A DNA stretch of 64,000 nt from an uncultured Clostridia bacterium (GCA_947632585.1 CANRPS010000001.1:1919-65918); one strand, 5' to 3'; positions 40,613 to 50,710 are shown, counted from the stretch's first letter. Translations and numbers: made by a program. Notes: generated by a model from the letters alone, not told the origin.

Positions 40613-41842
40613 ATGAAAAATAAAATATATATTATTGATGCCAAAAGAACAGCAATTGGAAAATTTCTTGGATCCTTATATGGAAATGATCCAAAGGATA
40701 TATGTGTTCAATTAATAAAAAAAGGATTTAAAGAATCTCAAATAAAAGATGTTCAGAGTGTCATTATAGGTAATGTAATTTCAGCAGGAACAGGACAAGC
40801 AACTGCAAGAAATATAGCCATAAATGCAGGTGTTCCATTAGAAGTTCCAGCCTATTCAGTAAATATGGTATGTGGTTCTGGATTACAAGCTATTATTAAT
40901 GGTATTAATGAAATCGAATGCGGAAAAGATTTAGTTTTGGCTGGTGGTTTTGAATTCATGTCTAATATTCCATATGCAACAGACCCTTATATAAGAACAG
41001 GTAAGAAAATGGGTGACTTTAAAATAATAGATTTGATGACACATGATGGACTTATTGATTCTTTTAGCGATCTTCATATGGGAATAACCGCAGAAAATAT
41101 AGCTAAAAAATATAATATATCTAGAGATGAACAAGATGATTATTCAATTTTAGCTCAACAAAGATCAATAAATGCAGTAGACAGCAATATTTTCAAAGAA
41201 GAAATTGTACCAGTAATTGTAAAAGATTACAAAGGAAAAGAAAGTACATTTGAAATAGATGAGTTCCCAAATAGGACCTCAACAAGAGAAAAGTTATCTA
41301 CATTAAAACCAAGTTTTCTAAAAGATGGAACAGGAACAATTACAGCTGGAAACTCTTCTGGAATAAATGATGGAGCAGCTTTTGTAATGTTAGCTTCTGA
41401 AGAATATTGTATTAAAAATAAAATTAAACCTTTAGCAAAAATTGTTAACAATTCCGTTATAGGTTGTGATCCTCAATTAATGGGATTAGGTCCATATTAT
41501 GCAATAACAGATTTATTAAATAAAGAAAATCTACATATTAACGATATTGATTATATGGAAATTAATGAAGCTTTTGCAGCTCAAATATTAGGTTGCTTAA
41601 AACTATTAGGTCAAAAATACGAAATATCTACAGAAAACTTAATAGAAAAATGTAATTTATATGGTTCAGGATTAGGATTGGGTCATCCATTAGGAGCTAC
41701 AGGAGCTATAATTACTACTAAGATTTCTCACATAATGAAAAATAATAATAATATTAAATATAGTATTGCATCTTTGTGTATTGGCGGAGGAATGGGAGCA
41801 GCATTACTATTAGAAAGGATTGAAGATAATGAATTTGCTTAA
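40613..41842 (+). CDS. Acetyl-CoA C-acetyltransferase (thiolase)
   Basis: NMVCGSGLQA (active-site Cys), NEAFAAQ, CIGGGMGAA. Confidence 0.9.
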   Translation: MKNKIYIIDAKRTAIGKFLGSLYGNDPKDICVQLIKKGFKESQIKDVQSVIIGNVISAGTGQATARNIAINAGVPLEVPAYSVNMVCGSGLQAIINGINEIECGKDLVLAGGFEFMSNIPYATDPYIRTGKKMGDFKIIDLMTHDGLIDSFSDLHMGITAENIAKKYNISRDEQDDYSILAQQRSINAVDSNIFKEEIVPVIVKDYKGKESTFEIDEFPNRTSTREKLSTLKPSFLKDGTGTITAGNSSGINDGAAFVMLASEEYCIKNKIKPLAKIVNNSVIGCDPQLMGLGPYYAITDLLNKENLHINDIDYMEINEAFAAQILGCLKLLGQKYEISTENLIEKCNLYGSGLGLGHPLGATGAIITTKISHIMKNNNNIKYSIASLCIGGGMGAALLLERIEDNEFA

Positions 41843-42551
41843 AAACAAAGTAGTTATAATTACAGGAGGAACAAAAGGAATTGGCTTAGCAACATCTTAT
41901 AAAATGGCAGAAGAAGGAGCTATCGTATATGCTTGTGCAAGAAACAATGTTTCTTTTGATAATGAAAATATCCATTTTTTACATTTAGATGTAACCGATG
42001 CACAAAAATGTCAAGATGTAGCTGATAAAGTAATTAAAGAACAAGGAAAAATTGATGCATTAATTGCAGATGCCGGAATTATAAATGATGCATTAATAAA
42101 CAAAATGACAACAGAAATGTTTAATGAAGTTATAAATGTTAATGTAACCGGTGTTTTCAATATTATAAAAGCAGTTCAGCCATATATGGATGAACAAAAG
42201 AACGGATCAATAGTTACTATTAGTAGTATTGTTGGAGAATACGGAAATATAGGTCAAATTAATTATTCAGCTTCTAAAGCTGCTTTAATTGGTATGACAA
42301 AATCATGTGCAAAAGAATTTGCAAGAAAAGGTCAAAATATCAGAGTAAATTGCGTTGCACCAGGATACATTTTAACAGATATGTTGAAAAATGTGCCTCA
42401 AGACCTATTAGATAAATTTTCTAGTCAAACAATGTTAAAAAGACTAGGAACTCCTGAAGAAATAGCTGATGTTCTTACTTTTTTAGTATCAGATATGTCT
42501 TCATATATTACAGGAAGTGTTATAGACGTTAATGGTGGAATGAGATTATAA
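41829..42551 (+). CDS. Short-chain dehydrogenase/reductase (FabG / acetoacetyl-CoA reductase-like)
   Basis: TGGTKGIG, NYSASKAA (YxxxK), PGYILTDM. The start overlaps the thiolase stop. Confidence 0.85.
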   Translation: MNLLKNKVVIITGGTKGIGLATSYKMAEEGAIVYACARNNVSFDNENIHFLHLDVTDAQKCQDVADKVIKEQGKIDALIADAGIINDALINKMTTEMFNEVINVNVTGVFNIIKAVQPYMDEQKNGSIVTISSIVGEYGNIGQINYSASKAALIGMTKSCAKEFARKGQNIRVNCVAPGYILTDMLKNVPQDLLDKFSSQTMLKRLGTPEEIADVLTFLVSDMSSYITGSVIDVNGGMRL

Positions 42552-42804
42552 AAGTGTAATAAAATTGCGATAAAATTAAAAGATGATAAGATTTTCCTTA
42601 TCATCTTTTTTGCAGAAAATTGCAAGAGTAGGAGAGAAGGGATGTTTTAAGAAATAAATATTTTAAATTATAAAAATTAATAGAGTTATAATTTAAAATT
42701 TGTTTCTAATATTTAAAAATTACCATTTATATATTGACGATAAATTTATTGTATGATATTATTTAAGATAGCTGTATAGAAATAATAAAAAGGGGAGAAA
42801 TTTT

Positions 42805-45800
42805 ATGAAGAAAATAAAAATGAAAAAATTGTTTATTACTTTATTAGTATTATTTCTTTCATTAGGCATAGTTGGAATAATATCTTATGCTAAAAATGAA
42901 AATTCTAGTAACACTAATAAAGCAGCAGTTATTTTAGATGAGGAACTTACTTTAAAACCCACTATAAAAAATAGTAAATATATATTTATAGTAGGTGATA
43001 CAATTAGCATTAAAGCTGATGTTACTAGTAATAGTACAGGCTTAATCACAGGTGGAGAGCATCCAGATCAATTTGAATATCAGTGGTACCAAGAAACAGG
43101 TGGAAGGCCTAGTCCCTATGTAGCTATTAAAGATCAAACTACAGATACATTAACACTTAAAGCAGAAGAACCAACTACAATAGGTAAACCTCTTAAATGT
43201 ACATTATGGGTAAATGTATTGAGATGGAATGAAAATGGAAAAAATGGCCAAGGTGCTTATGAAAGAGTACAACAAGAACTTTTTGGTAAAAATTATGATA
43301 AAGTATTTTATTCTAATAAAATAGAAATAAATATACTTCCAAAATTAGAAGTTGATTTAACAGATCAATACAATAAAATTCAAGGAAGCAAAGAAAATGG
43401 TTATACACTAGAACTTAGTCCTAATAGTACATATAAACTAGATCTTGATTTATATCGTTTACAAGCAAATGGAAATAGAATTCCATTTGAACAAGTATCA
43501 AAAATCGAATGGATTTCAGAAAATAAAGATATAGTTAGCGTTACTCAAGATGGATATTTAACCGCTAAAGGTTATAGTAATGATGAAATTAAAATTACTG
43601 CAAAAGTAACAGATTTAAATTTAGATATAAAAGAAATAAGTGTAAAAGTAATAGTAAAAAAAATCCAAGTAAATGAAGTAATAATAAACGAAAGTAATGT
43701 TGAATTAAAAGTAGATGAAGAAAAAACACTTACAGCAACTATTGAACCAGATACTGCAAGTGAGCCAGCAGTAACATGGAAAATAGCAGAAAATTCACCA
43801 ACCAACATAATAAGTATAGTAGATAACATAGCAGGAACAATTAAGGGTATAGGAATTGGAGAAACAAAAGTTATTGCAACAGCAGATGGAATAGATTCAG
43901 AGCCAATTACAATCAAAGTAGTTGAAACACCAGTAGAATCAATAACAGATGAATTAGAAGATACAAATATTATATTAGTTGCAAATTCTCAGGATTCAAA
44001 AGAATATTCACTAACAATACATCCGGAAGTTTTACCTAAAAATGCAACAGATAAAACTATAACATGGGAAATAACCCAGGGCAGAAAAGATCTTGTAGAA
44101 ATTAGACAAAACAAAGATGGAAGTGTTAGTTTCATAGCATCAAAATACGACGAATCTAATGAAGAAAATAATAAATGTATAATAACAGCAACTTCAACTA
44201 ATGGAAAGACAAGAACTTATAATATTACACTTACAAAAAAAGTTAATCCAGTAACTGATATATTTATTACAACTAAAAAAGATGGTCAAGATGTTGACCT
44301 ACCATTAGCAGATGTTATAGAGCTTTTTGTAGGTGAAACAATTGATCTTGACTTTAGAGTTACTCCATCAGATGCTACATATAAAGATGATACATGGACT
44401 GCTTCTAAAAGTATTGCCATGAATCCAGTTACAACTGATGTTATATCTATAGACAATGCAGGAGTTGTAACAGCGCAAAAAGAAGGTACAGCATATGCAA
44501 GAGTTATAGTAACATGTCACAATGTTAATGTTTGTCCAACACATTCAAAATATGTTACTATAAAAGTTAAACCCATACCACCAACACCAGTAGATAATGT
44601 AGTAATTAATGAAAGAGATATTCATTTACGAAAGTTAGAAAAAACAACTCTAACTGCAACAATTACACCTGATGATGCAACAGATAAAACTATAACATGG
44701 TCATCAAACGCACCAACAATAGCAGAAGTAAATAGTTCAACTGGAGAAGTAACAGCAAAAGCAAAGGGTACAGCAGTTATTACAGCTACAACATCTAATG
44801 GAAAAACAGATACTTGTACCATAATTGTTGACCCTATAAATGTAGAATATATTGAAATAAGTAATTTAACACTTACCATAAAAGATAATATAATAATTGG
44901 AGATAAAAAATTATCAGTAACATATTATCCAGATAATGCAGATAATAAAGGAGTTACATGGAAATCAAGTGATGAGTCAGTTGTAGAAGTTAGAGATGAC
45001 GGAACACTAGTTCCTAAAAAAGCAGGAACAGCAATAGTAACAGCAACATTAAATAGTGATAGTGAAAAGTTTGTAGCTTGTGAAGTGACTATAGTACCAT
45101 CAAAAGCACATGTTGTAATTTATACTGTTGACCAGCATACAAACTTTATATCAGGACTTACATTAAGAATCACAGGGAAAGATGAAAAAGGAGTAGAAAT
45201 AACTCCAAAAGAATTAACAGCTAATGGTAAATTTGACTTTGGAGAACTTCCAGATGGAGACTATACAATTGAAACAATACTACCTAAACTAAGAACTGCA
45301 TCTTTAGCTAGCGAATTAGATATTATAGATTATGTAAAAATAAGCACATTTAAAATTAAGAATGGAGAAATTTTTTATGCAAACATAGAAACATCTGAAC
45401 TTCAAGCAGAATATGCAGAAAGCCTTGTTTTAGTAAATATAGTAGACTATCCAGATGAAACAGGAGAAGAAGAACTTACTGCAATTATGGGAGCTGGAGA
45501 AAACTATAGTAGTGGAGAAAAGACAATTGAGAAACTATATGAAGAGTATGCAGAAGAAAAAGAAATTCCAGTAGATTCAATAGCAGACGAGTTAGAAAAT
45601 ACAGAAATTGAATTAGTTGCAAATTCTGAAGGTTCTAAAGAATACTTCTTAACAATACATCCGGAAGTTTTACCTAAAAATGCTACAAATAAAAAGATAA
45701 CTTGGCAATCAAGCAAAGAAGGTCTTGTAGAAATTAGACAAAACGAAGATGGAAGTGTTAGTTTCATAGCATTAAAATATGACGAAAATAATGAAGAAAA

Positions 45801-46965
45801 TAATAAATGTGTAATAACAGCAACTTCAGCTAATGGAAAAACACGTGAATACTATATTACAATTACTAAAGAACCAAATGACATTACGAACGTAAAAATC
45901 ACAATAGATGGAATGACAACTATAACGGAACCTTATAAACTTCAAATAGGAAAAACTATTGACTTAAATTTTGAAGTAACACCAAAAGGTGCAACTTATA
46001 AACAAAATTCATGGAGTTTTGACCCAGAAGTTGGTTCTCCCGCTGATGTTGTATCTGTTGATGATTCTGGAGTTGTAACAGCAAAGGCATTAGGAAAAGC
46101 ATATGTAGAAGTTAAAGTTATTTGTCAAAACCCCAAATGCCCATCACATACAGCAAAAATTTTAATTGAAGTTGTACCAATACCGGTTGATGATATAGAA
46201 ATTGAGTTACAACAAACTCAAGGTGAAAAAACTCTAACATTACAAAAAGGTAATACTAAAAATTTAACTGCTAAAGTAACACCAGAAAATGCAACAGACA
46301 AAACTATAACTTGGGAATCAAGTAATACAAATGTTGTTATTGTAGATAATGAAGGTAATATAACAGCAGTAGGTCCTGGAGAAGCAACAATAACAGCAAA
46401 AGCAGGAGAAAAAGAAGATAGTTGTAAAATAATTGTTCCAGAAATAAAAGTTAGGTCTATTAAGCTAAGTAATGAAAAATTAACAATAAAAGACAATGAA
46501 GAACATACATTAACTTTTGAATATTCACCAGATAATGCAGATAATGCAGAATTCGAATGGGAATCTAGCGATTCTGATATTGCAGATGTTAAGGATGGAA
46601 TAATAATTCCTAAAAAAGAAGGAAAAGTTACTATTACAGTATTTGTAAAAGATGATAAGAGCGTATATGCAACTTGTGCAGTTACTATTGTTGCATCAAG
46701 CACTGAAGAAAGTCCAGGAGAAGAAGAAAATAACCCGGAAGATAAACCAGGGCAAGAAGAAAATAATCCAGAAGTTAACCCAGGAGAAAAAGAAAATAAT
46801 ACTAGTACAAACGTAACCAATACTGAAAATAATTCATCTCCAAAAACATCAGATATGCCAATTGCGAGATACATAATATTAATGGTATTTTCTTTAATGG
46901 TAATAGTATTCTTAATTGCAAAAAGAAATAAAAAAATAAATCATAAAAGAAGATATAAAAATTAA
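42805..46965 (+). CDS. Large cell-wall-anchored adhesin with multiple Big_2 (bacterial Ig-like) domains
   Basis: Signal peptide. Repeated Big_2 signatures (ITWxSS...VVxV...G.VTA...GTAxITAT). C-terminal SPKTS motif plus hydrophobic helix plus KRNKKINHKRRYKN tail. Confidence 0.8.
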   Translation: MKKIKMKKLFITLLVLFLSLGIVGIISYAKNENSSNTNKAAVILDEELTLKPTIKNSKYIFIVGDTISIKADVTSNSTGLITGGEHPDQFEYQWYQETGGRPSPYVAIKDQTTDTLTLKAEEPTTIGKPLKCTLWVNVLRWNENGKNGQGAYERVQQELFGKNYDKVFYSNKIEINILPKLEVDLTDQYNKIQGSKENGYTLELSPNSTYKLDLDLYRLQANGNRIPFEQVSKIEWISENKDIVSVTQDGYLTAKGYSNDEIKITAKVTDLNLDIKEISVKVIVKKIQVNEVIINESNVELKVDEEKTLTATIEPDTASEPAVTWKIAENSPTNIISIVDNIAGTIKGIGIGETKVIATADGIDSEPITIKVVETPVESITDELEDTNIILVANSQDSKEYSLTIHPEVLPKNATDKTITWEITQGRKDLVEIRQNKDGSVSFIASKYDESNEENNKCIITATSTNGKTRTYNITLTKKVNPVTDIFITTKKDGQDVDLPLADVIELFVGETIDLDFRVTPSDATYKDDTWTASKSIAMNPVTTDVISIDNAGVVTAQKEGTAYARVIVTCHNVNVCPTHSKYVTIKVKPIPPTPVDNVVINERDIHLRKLEKTTLTATITPDDATDKTITWSSNAPTIAEVNSSTGEVTAKAKGTAVITATTSNGKTDTCTIIVDPINVEYIEISNLTLTIKDNIIIGDKKLSVTYYPDNADNKGVTWKSSDESVVEVRDDGTLVPKKAGTAIVTATLNSDSEKFVACEVTIVPSKAHVVIYTVDQHTNFISGLTLRITGKDEKGVEITPKELTANGKFDFGELPDGDYTIETILPKLRTASLASELDIIDYVKISTFKIKNGEIFYANIETSELQAEYAESLVLVNIVDYPDETGEEELTAIMGAGENYSSGEKTIEKLYEEYAEEKEIPVDSIADELENTEIELVANSEGSKEYFLTIHPEVLPKNATNKKITWQSSKEGLVEIRQNEDGSVSFIALKYDENNEENNKCVITATSANGKTREYYITITKEPNDITNVKITIDGMTTITEPYKLQIGKTIDLNFEVTPKGATYKQNSWSFDPEVGSPADVVSVDDSGVVTAKALGKAYVEVKVICQNPKCPSHTAKILIEVVPIPVDDIEIELQQTQGEKTLTLQKGNTKNLTAKVTPENATDKTITWESSNTNVVIVDNEGNITAVGPGEATITAKAGEKEDSCKIIVPEIKVRSIKLSNEKLTIKDNEEHTLTFEYSPDNADNAEFEWESSDSDIADVKDGIIIPKKEGKVTITVFVKDDKSVYATCAVTIVASSTEESPGEEENNPEDKPGQEENNPEVNPGEKENNTSTNVTNTENNSSPKTSDMPIARYIILMVFSLMVIVFLIAKRNKKINHKRRYKN
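43930..45105 (+). repeat. Intragenic duplicated four-domain module, copy 1
   Basis: PVESITDELEDTNIILVANSQDSKEYSLTIHPEVLPKNATDKTITW... aligns collinearly with copy 2. Confidence 0.8.
45568..46695 (+). repeat. Intragenic duplicated four-domain module, copy 2
   Basis: PVDSIADELENTEIELVANSEGSKEYFLTIHPEVLPKNATNKKITW... offset 1638 nt from copy 1. Near-identical nucleotide stretches occur, e.g. catccggaagttttacctaaaaatgc. Confidence 0.8.
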
Positions 46966-46982
46966 ATAAATCTTTAATTATA

Positions 46983-47023
46983 ACAAAAAGTAAAAAATTA
47001 ATCGATAATTTTTTACTTTTTTG
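46983..47023 (+). terminator. Terminator after the adhesin gene
   Basis: Perfect 18-bp inverted repeat ACAAAAAGTAAAAAATTA / TAATTTTTTACTTTTTGT. Confidence 0.8.
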
Positions 47024-47121
47024 TTATTGCAAATGATGTATTTATATGATTTTATTTACAAAGTAAAAACATAAGTGTATAATTTATACATCAAAATATA
47101 GAAGGAAAGTATATAATAAAA

Positions 47122-47868
47122 ATGAATAAAATTTTAAAAATAATATTACTTTTACTTTTTTTTGTTATTTTTATATTTTCAGCATATAAAGTTTATAATT
47201 ACTTTTTAGATGAAAAAGAAAATAGAAAAATGAATAATGAATTAATAGATGGAGCTGTTACAATAATAGATAACAACGAAAATGAAATACCAAAAGAAGT
47301 AATAGATGAAATTTTACCACCAATTAGCGTTGATTTTAGTATTTTAAAACAAAAAAATGATGAGGTTGTTGGTTGGATATACTCACAAGATACCCCAATT
47401 AATAATCCAATTTTACAAAGTAAAGATAATAATTACTATTTAAGAAGATTAATGACAAGAGAATATAATATAGCTGGTAGTTTATTTATGGATTATAGAA
47501 ATGACGCCAATATGAAGGATAACAATACAATAATATATGGACATAATATGAAAAATGGTACAATGTTTGGAACAATACAAAAATATAAAAACCAAGAGTA
47601 TTTTGATAGTCATAAAAATATGTATTATTTTACACCAGAAAAAAATTATATAGTAAAAATATTTACCGGATTTATAGTGTCAACAGATTCTGAAATATAT
47701 AATTTACAAAAATTAAACCAAACAAAAATAGATGATTTAATAAAAAAGTCGGATTTTAAAAACGATCTATTAGTTACAGAAAATGATAAATTACTTACAT
47801 TGTCAACTTGTGCAAATGATTATAAAAATGCAAGATATGTTATAATAGGACTGCTTGAAGAAATATAA
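47122..47868 (+). CDS. srtB: Class B sortase
   Basis: N-terminal TM helix. IYGHNMKNGTMFG (His), LLTLSTCAND (catalytic Cys), conserved Arg near the C-terminus. Confidence 0.85.
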   Translation: MNKILKIILLLLFFVIFIFSAYKVYNYFLDEKENRKMNNELIDGAVTIIDNNENEIPKEVIDEILPPISVDFSILKQKNDEVVGWIYSQDTPINNPILQSKDNNYYLRRLMTREYNIAGSLFMDYRNDANMKDNNTIIYGHNMKNGTMFGTIQKYKNQEYFDSHKNMYYFTPEKNYIVKIFTGFIVSTDSEIYNLQKLNQTKIDDLIKKSDFKNDLLVTENDKLLTLSTCANDYKNARYVIIGLLEEI

Positions 47869-47963
47869 AAATTTTAAAAACCGATATTTATTATATTATT
47901 GTTTGTAAAATCAAATTTTATAATTTTTATATTTTAATTTATTTATTTGAAAGAGGTAATAAA

Positions 47964-48665
47964 ATGAGTAAACCAATTATTGGAATAATAGGAAAAGTTC
48001 AGCCACAATATGGAGAGGACATTTGGCATAGAATTGATGAAGTTGATGAATTAAGATATATGATTGTAAAAAATGGTGGTACAGCTATAATGCTTTTACC
48101 AACAGAAGAAACTTTGAAATTTAATGATAATGACATTAAAGATAATACAATTTTAAATGATGAACAAATAAATGAATTATATAGACAAATAGATTTATGT
48201 GATGGTTTTATACTACAAGGAGGACTATATAGTTCAAATTATGAAATAGAAATTGCTAAAAGAGTTATAAAATTGGATAAACCACTTATAGGAATCTGTG
48301 CTGGTTTTAATAATATTTTAAGAGCATTAGGTTCTGATGTAATTGAAGATAAAACAAAAAAGCATGATATATATAATAAAGACTATAGACATAAAATATC
48401 TGTAATAGAAGGAACTATGTTATATAATTTAATAAATAAAAAAGAATATTATGTAAATAGTATTCATAGTATGATAGCACCAAAGGAAAATGTAGAAGGC
48501 TATGCAGAAATATCATCTATTTCTTATGATGGCTTGGTTGAAAGTTTTGAGTTAAAAAATAAAAAATTTGTAATGGGAATAAAATGGCATCCAGAATTAA
48601 TGTTAGACGAAGATTTCACCAATAAATTGTTTAAAGAATTTATTAAAAAAAGCAAAAATAGTTAG
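47964..48665 (+). CDS. Class I glutamine amidotransferase / gamma-glutamyl hydrolase (peptidase C26, PuuD-like)
   Basis: GICAGFN nucleophile elbow and KWHPE His-Glu motif. Confidence 0.75.
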   Translation: MSKPIIGIIGKVQPQYGEDIWHRIDEVDELRYMIVKNGGTAIMLLPTEETLKFNDNDIKDNTILNDEQINELYRQIDLCDGFILQGGLYSSNYEIEIAKRVIKLDKPLIGICAGFNNILRALGSDVIEDKTKKHDIYNKDYRHKISVIEGTMLYNLINKKEYYVNSIHSMIAPKENVEGYAEISSISYDGLVESFELKNKKFVMGIKWHPELMLDEDFTNKLFKEFIKKSKNS

Positions 48666-49422
48666 AGTAGGAGAGAGGGGAGTTTTAAGAAATGAATACT
48701 TTTAGTTAAATAAATTAATAAAATTTCAAAATTAAGTCTTAAGATCCTATAAAAATTTTTTACAAAACAAAATTATAAAAATAAAATTTATATTAATGTG
48801 TCAAATTTTAAAACCGAACATTTGTTGTAATTTAAATTTTTACAAATTTAAACATATTCAAATATAAATTTTAAACAGATTTATATTAATAACATTTAAA
48901 ACAATTTCATTTTTAAACTCCTTAAAATCAATTTTAAGGAGTTTTTATAATTAACTAATAAAGTTTAACTTATTTTAATATGTAAAGATTATTATTTATA
49001 TAATGTAAATTTAATAAAATATTATAAAATCAATGATTTTTGATAAAAGCAAAAAAATAGAAAAAAAATCGACGCACGAGAATCGATTTTAAGCCGTTTT
49101 TATTTTTTGGCAATATAACTTGTTGTCTAAAAATAGAGCAAAATATTGAAAAATAAGGATTTATGAAATTTTGAAAAAAATAATTTAAATTTATATAAAA
49201 ATTTTTTAAATTATATTGGTTACAATAATGAAAAAAAAATCCAACCAAAAAAATAAAGCACCAGAATCAATTTTAAGGAGTTTTTATTAAATAATAATAT
49301 AAGTTTATTAACTAAAAATATAGCTAAAACAAGCTAATATCAAGGAATAGCAAAATTTGAAAGGGGATACCAAAACCAGGTATTTTATATTTTACTCCTA
49401 TCTCTTTTTGCACAAAACTTTG

Positions 49423-49484
49423 ATTTTGTGCAATGTTATATATTAAAAATAAATGGAAATATTGAATAATACTACCTATTCCCT
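49423..49484 (+). repeat. Left flanking direct repeat (attL candidate) with a dif-like imperfect palindrome
   Basis: ATTTTGTGCAATGTTATATATT is identical to 55628-55649, followed by diverged similarity through ...TACCTATTCCCT. Preceded by the hairpin TTGCACAAAA-N6-TTTTGTGCAA (49408-49433). A third partial copy ATTTTGTGCAATGT lies at 49511-49524. Confidence 0.7.
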
Positions 49485-49594
49485 ACATAATACGAAAATA
49501 TAAAAGTTTCATTTTGTGCAATGTAAATATAAATAAAATAAATAAAAATTATTAAATTAATATATCTATTTAATATCAAAAAATAAAAAAATTG

Positions 49595-49900
49595 TCAAGC
49601 TTTCTTCTTAAAATTATTCAAAAAAATTATATTGTTTTCTTCAGGCTTTTGTAAATTTGACTCTGAATATTTATTCCAATCACTAACATCTCGCTCAAGA
49701 ATGCACAAATAATAAAAATTACCACATTGAGAATATTTATTGGAAAAAAAATCATTATCAACAAAATATGGACGTCCCCTATTTTCCTCAATAGAAACAA
49801 TCTCATTAATCTTAAGTTTAGCACTTAAAACATCAGGAAAGCTATGAATCATAAAAGGTTTTGCATGACCATGTCTCTGATAAATAGTATATTCTTTCAA
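49595..49900 (-). CDS. Hypothetical protein (prophage accessory region)
   Basis: 101 aa. TTG start behind AAGGGGGTG. No family recognised. Confidence 0.45.
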   Translation of the reverse strand: MKEYTIYQRHGHAKPFMIHSFPDVLSAKLKINEIVSIEENRGRPYFVDNDFFSNKYSQCGNFYYLCILERDVSDWNKYSESNLQKPEENNIIFLNNFKKKA

Positions 49901-49992
49901 CTATAACACCCCCTTAAATAAAAAAATTATACCAGATTATGTAAATCTTGTCAAATTATGTTAATTATGTTATAATAAATAGAGGTGGTATT

Positions 49993-50469
49993 ATGTTATA
50001 TATTGTATTAATAATAGTAATAATATTATTAATAATCGAAAAATTTTTAAATATAAATAATGAAAATGAAATAAAAAATATAAATTATAATGAAAAATAT
50101 GTAAAAAAAGAATATTTACTAACACAAACTGAATTAAAATTTTATAAAATTCTTAAACAAATTACAGATGAACTAAATCTAACAATATGCCCTCAAATCC
50201 CTTTGTACCAAATAGTAAAGAATATTGAGTATAAGGATTTCAATAAAATATCTAATAAGTCAATTGATTTTGTAATAACAGAAAATAATCTAAAAATAAA
50301 ATTGTGTATAGAGTTAGATGACTACACTCACAAACAAGAAAAAAGGAGAAAAAGAGATGATTTTGTAAACAAATTACTAGAAGAAACAAATGTTAAAATG
50401 GTAAGAATTCCAGTACAAAATTATTATAATAAAGATAAATTAAAAGAAAAAATTAAAGAGAGTTTATAA
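49993..50469 (+). CDS. DUF2726-like (restriction-endonuclease-fold) membrane-anchored protein
   Basis: N-terminal TM helix, then LTQTELKFYKIL...SIDFVI...CIELDDYTHKQEKRRKRD...VKMVRI, the typical DUF2726 pattern. It is the only + strand gene inside the element. Confidence 0.6.
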   Translation: MLYIVLIIVIILLIIEKFLNINNENEIKNINYNEKYVKKEYLLTQTELKFYKILKQITDELNLTICPQIPLYQIVKNIEYKDFNKISNKSIDFVITENNLKIKLCIELDDYTHKQEKRRKRDDFVNKLLEETNVKMVRIPVQNYYNKDKLKEKIKESL

Positions 50470-50535
50470 GCTCTCTTTTTAACATAATATCCTAAAAAAA
50501 CCATATTTTTTCTGCAGAATTTTCCTGTAATAATT

Positions 50536-50706
50536 TCAATGATTATCAATATAAAATTCAATTGCTTTTTTAATAAAATCACAATAAAAAAGATTTTTAC
50601 GTCCAGTAAATTCATCAATACAATAAAATTCCATTTCAAGAAAAGTAACAAAAGGAATCTCAATAGTTAATTTTTTATAATCTACATTTATTTTATCTTT
50701 TTTCAT
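50536..50706 (-). CDS. Small hypothetical protein downstream of rep (56 aa; below the ORF-track cutoff)
   Basis: Hand translation gives MKKDKINVDYKKLTIEIPFVTFLEMEFYCIDEFTGRKNLFYCDFIKKAIEFYIDNH. AAAGGA RBS. Starts 5 nt after the rep stop. Confidence 0.35.
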   Translation of the reverse strand: MKKDKINVDYKKLTIEIPFVTFLEMEFYCIDEFTGRKNLFYCDFIKKAIEFYIDNH

Positions 50707-50710
50707 ATAA

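Noticed and set aside
40613-42551. The thiolase plus SDR pair, considered as part of the surface-protein cluster that surrounds it.
   Set aside because: Both are standard cytoplasmic metabolic enzymes with their own terminator (42588-42612). Adjacency is most simply coincidental.
50424-50663. The 79-aa minus-strand ORF from the track, inside the prophage.
   Set aside because: It overlaps the 3' end of the DUF2726 gene, has no RBS and translates to Leu/Ile/Phe-rich sequence. A different 56-codon frame (50536-50706) with an RBS right after rep is more plausible.
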